Assembly (NCBI RefSeq): GCF_000181795.1
Contig: NW_003526940.1
Span: 602,336-666,335, forward strand
DNA length: 64,000 nt
Reading direction: 5' to 3'
Origin: Trichinella spiralis
Taxonomy: Eukaryota
Both the position numbers and the translations under genes were made by a program. Position 1 is the stretch's first letter; every line of letters starts with the position of its first letter. Shown piece after piece: positions 54,101 through 64,000 of the stretch. The notes beneath the pieces are model-generated. The model was not told the DNA's origin and did not search any database. It was given only the letters and a program-made list of their open reading frames with translations.

Positions 54101-55190
54101 TGTCAACTGCAGTACATTAAACAAGTTGTTAAAAATTACACCAAATAACTGAAAGTGAGACGTCCAATTACAAAATAAAAATTATTCTGCAACAGTTCCT
54201 TTTTATATGTAAATGTAATTGAAATTCGCAGTTTCCTTGATTGAACAGATAGATATTAGATAAATGAATAACTTCATCCACAAATGCATTAAATAACAAA
54301 TTTAAAAACACAGTGATCACCAAATATAACTTAAATAAATCATCTGAAACAATAATATAAGATATTTCAAAATATAATAAAATAATACAACTGACTAATT
54401 GACAAATCGAATAGTCTCAAATGGTTAATAGTAAGATGTAATGTTTAAAGCTTACATTTTTATATCAATGCTTTTTCAAAAAAGCAACAGAATAAATAAT
54501 ATACATATAAATTTTCATTTTATATATCACAATAATAAACAGTTAATCTAAACTGCGCATCAAAAATGAACAAACAAATAAAGCATAAAAATACTGTAAC
54601 AATTATTAAAAATTAAGTAAAGTTTACTGTAATTCAAAAAAATAAAATTTATATAAGTTTGTTTCCTGTTGCATTGACTGGAGTTTCAATTGTTTTGATG
54701 AAATGCCTCGACTGAAAGATTTCCAGACTTCTTTTTGATATGCACATTTTCAGATTTAACTGCTACTTTTACTCAAATTCATTTGTTCAACATTCATCAT
54801 TTAACCCTACGATTACCAAAAGGGGTTTGGCTAGACTCCAGCAACAGAAAACTAAAACACTTTGTTAAAAGAAGTTCACTTCTGCTGATTACTTCATTTC
54901 AAATGTTTCTTTAATTAATAAATTATTATAAATTCTGTTCAAAATTTTCATTTCAAAGTTTCAAAATAGCATTGCATCAGTGTTAATATACTTAAAAAAT
55001 ATTTTTAAATTTAAACAGCATCACTTTATAATGAAGTGTTTTCATTTGCATTGCTAAGCAGTAGCCTACTGGTCAACTTTTCGATACTATGACGGCTTAA
55101 AGCAAAGGAGATTCGGAGGTAAGTTTCACGCAGTAGCTTTTTTATATTAATAACTTTCATCTATAAATTTCTGATAAATTCCAATCTAAA

Positions 55191-55357
55191 GGGATGGTCC
55201 CACTTGGGCTCAATTTTGTTCCCATTCGGTCCCACTGTTCATTTATTGGTCGTTGTCCTCGCTATTTTATTAGTCCGTAATCTCGCTATTTTATTAGACC
55301 GTAAAGTCTTTTTCGTATTGGTTTTCCTTGTCTAATTGCTCATTGATTCAAATCTTT
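55191..55357. mobile_element. End of a MITE/TIR element of the same family as 4570-4836, truncated by the assembly gap
   Basis: About 40 bp (TCGTATTGGTTTTCCTTGTCTAATTGCTCATTGATTCAAA) is the exact reverse complement of ~4649-4688. Also shares CGCTATTTTATTAG and TCGGTCCC. Confidence 0.75.
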
Positions 55358-56219
55358 NNNNNNNNNNNNNNNNNNNNNNNNNNNNNNNNNNNNNNNNNNN
55401 NNNNNNNNNNNNNNNNNNNNNNNNNNNNNNNNNNNNNNNNNNNNNNNNNNNNNNNNNNNNNNNNNNNNNNNNNNNNNNNNNNNNNNNNNNNNNNNNNNNN
55501 NNNNNNNNNNNNNNNNNNNNNNNNNNNNNNNNNNNNNNNNNNNNNNNNNNNNNNNNNNNNNNNNNNNNNNNNNNNNNNNNNNNNNNNNNNNNNNNNNNNN
55601 NNNNNNNNNNNNNNNNNNNNNNNNNNNNNNNNNNNNNNNNNNNNNNNNNNNNNNNNNNNNNNNNNNNNNNNNNNNNNNNNNNNNNNNNNNNNNNNNNNNN
55701 NNNNNNNNNNNNNNNNNNNNNNNNNNNNNNNNNNNNNNNNNNNNNNNNNNNNNNNNNNNNNNNNNNNNNNNNNNNNNNNNNNNNNNNNNNNNNNNNNNNN
55801 NNNNNNNNNNNNNNNNNNNNNNNNNNNNNNNNNNNNNNNNNNNNNNNNNNNNNNNNNNNNNNNNNNNNNNNNNNNNNNNNNNNNNNNNNNNNNNNNNNNN
55901 NNNNNNNNNNNNNNNNNNNNNNNNNNNNNNNNNNNNNNNNNNNNNNNNNNNNNNNNNNNNNNNNNNNNNNNNNNNNNNNNNNNNNNNNNNNNNNNNNNNN
56001 NNNNNNNNNNNNNNNNNNNNNNNNNNNNNNNNNNNNNNNNNNNNNNNNNNNNNNNNNNNNNNNNNNNNNNNNNNNNNNNNNNNNNNNNNNNNNNNNNNNN
56101 NNNNNNNNNNNNNNNNNNNNNNNNNNNNNNNNNNNNNNNNNNNNNNNNNNNNNNNNNNNNNNNNNNNNNNNNNNNNNNNNNNNNNNNNNNNNNNNNNNNN
56201 NNNNNNNNNNNNNNNNNNN
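55358..56219. other. Assembly gap (862 N)
   Basis: Run of N. Confidence 1.
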
Positions 56220-56315
56220 TGAAATAGATATAATTATATAATAATCAAATAAATGTTAAAATACGAATTTATTGAAAATGATCAACTTTATATTCTTCAT
56301 CTTCGGTGAAGCAAA

Positions 56316-56822
56316 TCAACGAACCACAGCTCTACTTCTCAATGAATACCGCTTCTGTTTTGGAATTGATTTTAATGAAGAACGCTTTCGACGAGATTTA
56401 CTAGCCTTGATCAAAACTGCTTTTTGATTGGATTCCTTCACGCTTCTTTTCTTATTACGACGAGATTTTCCTCCACTTTTAGATCTTTGTCGCATTGCGA
56501 CTTTACGGGCCACTTTCTTGCCAGGACTCTTCTTTCTTCTAATACTCTTTGATCTCGAACGTGACCGCAACGACTGCAAACACGTTGGGCAAATTATTTC
56601 TGAGGGAGCTTCATCTCCATCTAATTGTACAGCTGATGGTCTTTTCTGCAATTTTAATCTTGATGATGGAACCACGATTTGATGAGTAGAACGCTTTGGG
56701 GTTTGACTTCTTGATATTGAACGTCTTCGAGGACGGGTAAGACTACCGCTGCGACTACTCATACTTCGTCGGGTGCTACTGCGACTGCGACTTCGACTAT
56801 AACTACGAGCAGAGCGCGCCAT
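56316..56822 (-). CDS. Intronless 168-aa highly basic R/S/K-rich protein (protamine-like / sperm nuclear basic protein candidate)
   Basis: ATG at 56822 (MARSARSYSRSRSRSS...), RS repeats, a central CPTC and a K/R-rich tail. AATAAA lies ~45 nt after the stop (56268-56273). Confidence 0.75.
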   Translation of the reverse strand: MARSARSYSRSRSRSSTRRSMSSRSGSLTRPRRRSISRSQTPKRSTHQIVVPSSRLKLQKRPSAVQLDGDEAPSEIICPTCLQSLRSRSRSKSIRRKKSPGKKVARKVAMRQRSKSGGKSRRNKKRSVKESNQKAVLIKASKSRRKRSSLKSIPKQKRYSLRSRAVVR

Positions 56823-56900
56823 TGTCGAACAGGGTATGGACCACACGAGCGATAAGACTGAACAACTTTTGTTTGAACATCACTTATACAGGCTACATTG

Positions 56901-56952
56901 CACTTTAAACAATATCACTTTAAATCAAAATTGCTTAAACTTATCTTTAAAG
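56901..56952 (-). promoter_or_regulatory. Conserved upstream module, copy 2
   Basis: Near-identical to motifs at 126-149 and 184-195. On the minus strand it reads as a TTTAAAGTG direct repeat plus an AGATAA site. Confidence 0.6.
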
Positions 56953-57045
56953 TAGGTTATGAATAAAATGATCATTATTATTACTTCAGTTTCATGCAGT
57001 AAAAACATTGTAATTTCTGAAAATAAGTGATTCAGTGAGAAGAAC

Positions 57046-57166
57046 TGTAAACATAGTTGCCTTACCTGATAATCTTACGGAATACTATAACATTATCTCC
57101 TAATTGTATCTCGTATATTGCTTGCGTTCTGTCTAATAAAACTCGGCTTTTGGGTAAATGATTACA
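57046..57166 (+). repeat. 5' LTR (121 bp)
   Basis: Differs from the 3' LTR by 8 substitutions and a 12-bp deletion. Confidence 0.95.
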
Positions 57167-57188
57167 ATTTATTAGACGGCTCGTTATC

Positions 57189-60100
57189 ATGAATAAGACA
57201 CTTTCTTCGAACAAACTTGCTATCGATCCCGCTGCCCCAGACGCCGAAAAGGAGTGGAAGTTCTGGCTACTTCAATTCCAAATTTTGTGCAACTGACCGT
57301 GGATACTGGGATCGACCTGTTGAAAATCTTGCGTCTCTCCATAACCGCATCTACTTTTGAATACATGCAAGACTGCAAGACTTATGACGATGCGATAGCG
57401 AAACTGAACGAAGTTTATGTTAAACTGAAAAACGTGATTTTTGCCAGATATGAATTCATCTCCAGGAAATAACTAGACGGTGAATCGCTGGAATAGTTGC
57501 TACATGCACTCCAACGACTGAGTAAGAACTGCGAGTATAAAAATGTTACCGCTGAACAATATCGCGAAGAGATGATTCGAGACGCTTTCATAAGCAATAT
57601 GAGCTCTACCGAAATCCGCACGTGACTTTGGGGCATAGCGTGATTAGTCTACAAGCAGCTGTCAACAATTCCATGGCATTAAACTCTGTCTAAGAAAACG
57701 CAAAGCTGTATACCAAGTCTGAGCGGATTATTAACTCAGTGAGCGCTGCAGACTCTGGGGTTGAAATGACTGATACTTCCGCTGCGATTAAACAAGAATG
57801 TTGCTTTTACGGTAAACGGCGACATCCGCGTGTTAATTGCCCTGCGAGAAACACCACGTGTAATAACTGCGGGAAAGTAGGTCATTTCGCAAAAGTATGC
57901 AGAAGTGCCTCTGAATGAACCGCTTTCGTTTCGATTACATCCTTAGTCGACTCCTCTTCTTCGTCAACGACTACTGAATTGAAAAATGCCATAGTAAAAG
58001 CTGAAATCAATGGGACCAACATTACAGCTCTGATCGACACTGGCAGCTCTTTAAGCTTTATCGATGAGCGATTATGTAAGACCTTGCAGCTGAAACTACT
58101 GCCAGCTGATGGAAAGGTTCTTATGGCTTCGACTTCATTCCAATGATGACTCGCAATCTATGCCATAGCAGACATCAAATTACACGGTTTCCATTATTCC
58201 AGTTTTAAACTGCACATCTTACCGAATGCTTGTACTGACGTCATTATCAGACAAGATATAGTACAACTACACTCTAACCTGACTGTCTCTTTTGGCGGAC
58301 CGAAAGCTCCCTTAACCATCTGCGGCCTAGAGTTAGCCAAAATTCCTGCCCCTTCCCTATTTGCCAATCTCTCTACAAACTGCAAACCGGTAGCGGTGAA
58401 ATCAAGAAGATATTCTGTCGCGGAAGCAAAGTTCATCAAAGACGATTGTTGGCAGAGAATATCATTGAAGAAAGCTGCTCTCCATGGAGAGCGCAGGCCC
58501 TCGTAGTGACTAGTGATAATCACAAGAAGCGCATGGTGATCGAGTATTCTCAAACTATCAACCGCTTTACACTACTTCATGTGTACCCTCTAGGTAAAAT
58601 CAACGATATGGTACAAGCTATATCGAAATACCATTTCTTCAGTACCGTCGATCTAAAGAGTGCGTATTGCCAAATTCCCATCAATGCTAGAGACAGACCA
58701 TATACGGCCTTTGAAGCTGGCGGAAGACTTTACCAGTTCAAACGCATTCCATTTGGAGTTACGAACGGTGTTCCATGTTTCCAAAGAGTCATGGATAATA
58801 TCCTTCCAGTAGAAAAATTAAAGGATACGTTTGTCTACGTTGATAACGTTATGATCTGTGGCATGAATCAAGAAGAGCACGACGAAAACCTGAATAGATT
58901 CAGAGAAGTCGCTGAGAAATACAATCTGACGCTTAATAATGACAAATGTGAGTTCACAAAGACCCAGGTAAAACTATTCGGATACATCATCGAACAGGGA
59001 ACGTTACAACCTGACCCAGAGAGATTCAGACCACTGCAACAGTTCAACTTCATGAAATACAGCATCATTTCGAAGAGTGCTTGGGATGTTCGCTGCTTAT
59101 TCCCAATGGATACCTAGATTCTCAGAGAAAATACACGCTTTGGCTAGATGCACAAAGTATCCCTTGCCTCAGCCAGCTGTATACGCTTTTAAAGCAATGA
59201 CAAATGATATAGTGAACTCTGTAGTGACTGCCATCGATGATGAACTCCCATTCACGGTAGAGACAGACGCCTCTGATCACGCCATAGCCGCGACCCTCAG
59301 TCAGCTTGGAAAGCCCGTATCATTCTTTTCTAGAATGTTATCTAATAGTGAACAAAGACACTCTTCTGTAGAAAAGGAAGCGTATAGAATCGTAGAAGCA
59401 ATCCGGAAATGGCGACATTATTTGCTGGGGCACCATTTCCATCTAATTACTGATCAGCGATCAGTTGCCTTCATGTTTAACAATAAACAAGCCGGCAAAG
59501 CGAAGAGCAACAAAATAGTGAGATGGAGACTAGAACTATCTCCTTACAGTTATGACATCATATACCGTTCTGGTGACCTAAACACAAAGACAAACGCCCT
59601 ATCCTGAATCTGTGGTAGCATACAAGTAGAGAACGTCACACTACAAACAATACATAACAATATGTGTCATTCCAGAGTAACCCGTATGGCCCACTACGCA
59701 AGAAGCAAAAATTTGCCATATACAATGGACGAAATCCAAAGGATGATCAACTCTTGCCGAGTTTGTGCTGAACTGAAACCTCGATTTTTCAAAGGAGATT
59801 CAGGTAAGCTAATCAAAGCAACTGCCCCCTTCGAGTATTGATTTTAAGGGACCACTACCATCTACATCAAGTAATCGATACTTATTAACCGTAGTCGATG
59901 AGTATTCCCGATTCCCGTTTGCATTTCCTTGCCCAGGCATCTCTATCCAAACAGTCAGCAAATACCTAACCCAGCTTCTCTACCTGTTTGGTATGCCTGC
60001 TTATATTCATACGGATCGCGGATCCTCATTCATGTCAAACGACCTGAAAACATACTTACACTCAATTAGCGTGCTCACCAGCCGCACGACTGCGCACAAT

Positions 60101-60694
60101 CCTCAAGGTAACGGACAAGCAGAAAGGTACAATGGAATTATATGAAAAGCGGTCACTTTAGCACTAAAATCCACAATCTACTAACCGGACATTGGAAGAA
60201 GTAATAGGCTTAGCGTTGCACTCGATACGCACGTTGCTGCCGATAGCAACTAACCCTACCCCTCATGAGCGTTTATTTGGTTACCCGCGTCGAACACCTA
60301 CGGGTACATCCCTCCCTCCTTGGTCAACAACACCCGGAATTGTACTAATGAGGCGGCTGAACTGAACAAACAAACACGACACCCTAGTAGAAGTGGAATT
60401 GCTGGAAGCTAACCCTAAATAGGCCCACGTCAGACTAACAGATGTTAGAGAAACCACTGGATCCCTGAGGCACCTCGCGCCTGCTGGAGGAAAGTTCATG
60501 ACTGAAGATGGCAGCCAAGATGAAGCTATGAAGATAAAAAAGCTGATAAACCGGACGCTAACGACGTTGCACCAGAAAATTCAGAAAGCGAAGAAGACAC
60601 TGCGATAAAAGAGGAACATCAGAAAACACCACCACGACGCTCCACAAGAATAAGACGAGCACCACAGCGCCTGCAGGACTACGTCCAATACTAG
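57189..60694 (+). pseudogene. gag-pol of the Gypsy element, disrupted by stops and frameshifts
   Basis: Zinc knuckle CNNCGKVGHFAKVC (57859-57900), protease LIDTGS, RT IPFGVTNG...YVDN, RNase H ETDASD...EKEA...TDQ, integrase VVDEYSRFP/HTDRGSSF/GNGQAER, tail RRSTRIRRAPQRLQDY*. Confidence 0.95.
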
Positions 60695-60706
60695 GCGAGG
60701 GGTGAA

Positions 60707-60839
60707 TGTAGTGGGTACAGTAAACGTAGTTGCCTTACCTGATAATCTTACGTAATACTATAACATTATCTCATGATTGTATCTCGTATATTGCTTGCGT
60801 TCTGTCTAATAAAACTCGGCTTTTGAGTGAAGCATTACA
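60707..60839 (+). repeat. 3' LTR (133 bp)
   Basis: TGTAG...TTACA, preceded by the PPT and followed by the TSD. Confidence 0.95.
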
Positions 60840-61079
60840 AGAACTTCGACATAAATTATGAAATATGAATTTATTTCTAAAAAGAGTTTCCATTGTTAAT
60901 GTTGTTGTTGAACGTTCATTTCAATTCATTTATTGGATCTTTGCGCAGTTGTCTTATTGGCTTTCCTTTCACGCAATAGGTTTCCATTTCATTGGTTCAA
61001 ATATTTCCATTTAGGAGAATGAAACTTTACTAGTAGTGATGTAACATTAGCAGTAATAAATTTTTACTGCCCTAAAATT

Positions 61080-61525
61080 ATACTGAGTTTGCCTTTATCA
61101 GAATTCATGATGTTTTGTTGTTTATGCCGTTTATGTTGTTTATGTCAACCTTCCAAATGTGTACTGGTCCTAACATTTACATAATGTACATTTCAAAGCG
61201 GAAGTCACCTATCACTTATCCACTCCTGCGAAAGTATTGGAATAATGCTGATAAAGTACTGAGGGTGCATGCATCAAGCAAGCTTACACCTGTATAAACT
61301 TGCGATACAGGGAGGAAATCGGTGATTTGCAATTATTCACAAGAATTCGAAAAGTCCAAACGGGTGGTGACAGCCTTTCACCAAACCCTATTTTTACCAC
61401 AGAGATTGCTGTATATATTATGCGCGTTAAGTCTGATCTTCAAATTCAGACATACAAGTTCAAAAATCTTTCAAGTGTTTACAAACTAATTATTCTAAAT
61501 ATGATCCGTTTTCAAATACCACCTT
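61080..61525 (-). mobile_element. Decayed MULE/Mutator transposase fragment
   Basis: Minus-strand remnants LSALFQYF..EW and LPL*NVHYVNVRTSTHLEG*H match the MULE motif WNV....RTNNHLEGWH. Confidence 0.7.
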
Positions 61526-62082
61526 AATCTTCTTTGAACATATTAAACAGACTATGCGTCGCATGAACCGTCAAAACAATGAACAAAAGTTAACAATAGT
61601 TAAATTCGATAGTATCTCATTAGCGATATGCATAGAAGATGATTTGAATGATATGTTATAAGCTTTGCAACTGGTTGTTCACCTGTCATTTTTTGTAAAA
61701 TTTTCTGTTAATTTTTTATTTTTGGAGACGATAATCAAAAATTTATGCTTTAAAATATCAGTATGGAAAATGTTTAACTATACTGATGAGTTCAAGAAAG
61801 CTAAAGTGCTGAATTACTCACAAAATAGCTATAAAAGACAAAACAAAACTAAAAGATCTTTGTATAGTTGAACAAATTTGAAATGAATATATAAATGAAC
61901 CAGAATAATAATAAATACATCTCGTGAAATGACGTGGTTTTGTTTTGCAACTTCCATTTACATTTTCTTAATAATTTTTTTGTGACAGTATGAATTGCTT
62001 GATTATCATGAATTACTGTACGTTGTAAATAGTGAACTGAACTGAACTGAACTGAATTGAAAATCAGTTTGTATTGAAAATA

Positions 62083-64000
62083 ATGGAGGATGAAGAATTG
62101 ATGCCAGTTATTAAACGTAAACGTACAGAATCAAATGATTTGGTAATTTTATTTTTTCATTCATTTTAAAGATTTTTTTCTAAAGCTATGCTTTATTTCA
62201 TCGAAATGATGTTCAGTTGTAATGAAGAAGTTTTTAAATTAATCTATTGCAATAATATTGTTATTGAAAGAGAATTTGCTTTATTAGTGTTTTGCTGATG
62301 TTTCAATTCCAAAGTGCTAATTAATTAGCTATTTATTTCTGCATTGATTTATTTGCCCAGGGTATGTTGTTGCTTTGCAAACAAAATGTTATAATTATCA
62401 AGTTCGATGTAACTTTTTGGTGCCATATTTCTGTAGAAGTAGTTAAATTGTTTTATTGTATATATATGATTTTTCTTTTGTTGAATAAATAAATTTACAG
62501 GATTTTTTGATTGATTCTGAAGTATCAAGCGCTCAAAGTTCTACCGTTTCTCACAACGTGAAACTGGTAAGTGTTGTTTGAATGCTGGAATGTTGTGATT
62601 GAAATTAGTTCACATAGTTTGTTTTGACGGAAAATCCAAGTGAACCATGTTTAATGTTAAAATGGCCAGAAAAAGTGATCATGTTGGATTGTCCTTTAAA
62701 TGATCTGCAGTTGTTGTCTATGACGCCTGTGTTGCTGTTGAAAAGGTGAATTATTTGTTGGAATTTTTTTTCACTTTTTATATTTTCATTCTTTTAGTTC
62801 AGAATTGATAAATTTTGACTTTAATGATGCAGTCAGTGGTCTTCCAACCGTAAGTAATTCTTCCATGGTTGAAATATTTTTTAAAAAACATTTGCATATT
62901 TAGAGTAAGTTCACAGATGTGAATGCTGCCGACATCATATTGGTATCAAATTTTAACTCCGCTCTGGCGTTGCCGTTCATTACTGAACGAAGCGAATTTC
63001 AAGGTACCGTCTACGCCACCGAGCCAACTGTTGAATTTGCGAGGTTGTTGTTTATGCTTTTATTAAGATTTATTTCAGTTGTTCATTGTTTGCATTTTTG
63101 TTCTTTGAACGATGATGTTCAATTCGATTTAGATGTCTAATGCTGGATATGGTGACGTATTTTGAACGTGCTAAATCGGCAACGCAGTTTTTTAATAAAT
63201 TTCAAAACAGAGAAAAAAAGTGATAAATTTTTAAGTTATAGTAATAATTTGATTTAAAAATAATGTTTGTTTGTACAATTTAGTCGAAAATTAACTTCAG
63301 CTCCATTTTACACGTTCGAAGATGTGGAAAATTGCTTGTCGAAAGTGAACATTGTCAACTATAATGAAACAGTGGTTAGTTTGTTGTTGGTTTTGTTTGT
63401 CTTATAGCATTGTATGAATTGTTGATTTTGCTTTGCAGATTTGCCCTGGATTTGGACATCTTATTCCCACCGCATCAGGTCTCAGCATCGGTGGATGCAA
63501 CTGGGTAATTGAAACTTGCAAAGAGAAAGTAATGCTTTTTTCCCTTGTTAATAAGCTTTATTGTTAAAAAAAATAGAAGCTAATTATAATTTTGTTTTTT
63601 CTGCAGATTGTTTATTTGTCTTCATTCACTTGCGTTAGTACTCATGCGAAGGTTGGCAAGTTTTGTCCCATGGAATGAGTATTTAATTATTGGTATTTTA
63701 TTAAGGCGATGGCGGTTGATAAATTTGACAATGCTACTGCTATTGTTGTCGGTTCGTTGAATCAGTATCCAAAAAAAAATCCTGCTACAGTAATGGACGA
63801 ATTTTGCACTGTTGTAGGTATGTGAATATATATATATATTTTTTTAATTTCTACATCGGCAGTATTTAATTTGTTTGTTTATTTGAATAATCCTTTTTTG
63901 CAGCGAACACAATTGCCACCGGTGGCAATGTTCTGATTCCCAGTTCACCGTGTGGTGTGACTTTTGATTTGATCGAATACCTTTTTGCGCGTGTGCTTTC
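62083..64000 (+). CDS. INTS9: Integrator complex subunit 9 (beta-CASP/metallo-beta-lactamase fold), 5' part, continues past the window
   Basis: PCLMLKW..KVIMLDC, DIILVSNFNSALALPFITERSEFQGTVYATEPT, SGLSIGGCNWVI, TIATGGNVLIPSSPCGVTFDLIE. Confidence 0.92.

Larger units (their letters stand above)
57046..60839 (+). mobile_element. Full-length decayed Ty3/Gypsy LTR retrotransposon (~3.8 kb) with 5-bp TSD AGAAC
   Basis: Paired TG...CA LTRs, TSD at 57041-57045 and 60840-60844, polypurine tract at 60693-60706, and domain order gag-PR-RT-RH-IN. Confidence 0.97.

Noticed and set aside
55095..55140. GGAG|GTAAGT donor considered as a spliced-leader RNA gene
   Set aside because: No recognisable leader, Sm site or stem-loops; at most a UTR exon.
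55328..56241. Two ~300-aa ORFs in the ORF track
   Set aside because: Artefacts of the N gap.
23698..62057. Microsatellites (AAC)n at ~23698, (CTT)n at ~29907, (CT)n at ~30080, (AATCT)n at ~33844 and (ACTGA)n at ~62035
   Set aside because: Short ordinary simple repeats in introns or intergenic DNA.

Overview
AT-rich eukaryotic genomic DNA with many short introns. The compact genes and TE repertoire suggest a clade I nematode such as Trichinella; this is inference, not a database result. Layout: (1) 1-58, the start of a basic R/S-rich gene on the minus strand. (2) ~1.3-7.2 kb, decayed transposons (Helitron-like, piggyBac-like, two BEL/Pao pieces, a MITE). (3) 9358-26518, a full cubilin gene (8 EGF plus about 27 CUB domains). 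(4) A minus-strand block: ILK/pat-4, amphiphysin, an S28 serine carboxypeptidase lacking the catalytic Ser, a mitochondrial ornithine carrier and a SUMO protease; the last three are spaced ~200 bp apart like an operon. (5) A small stand-alone MBD-domain gene. (6) Mitofusin/fzo-1. (7) A MITE end and an 862-N gap. (8) An intronless protamine-like R/S/K-rich gene. (9) A complete but decayed Ty3/Gypsy element with a 5-bp TSD. (10) A MULE fragment. (11) The 5' part of Integrator subunit 9. Most notable signals: the Gypsy element has no tRNA primer-binding site, and the sequence in that position is complementary to its own LTR (candidate self-priming, no chromodomain). Two basic-protein genes 57 kb apart share a promoter module. 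CpG density switches sharply inside the cubilin gene. Exon boundaries and domain counts were read by eye and are approximate.
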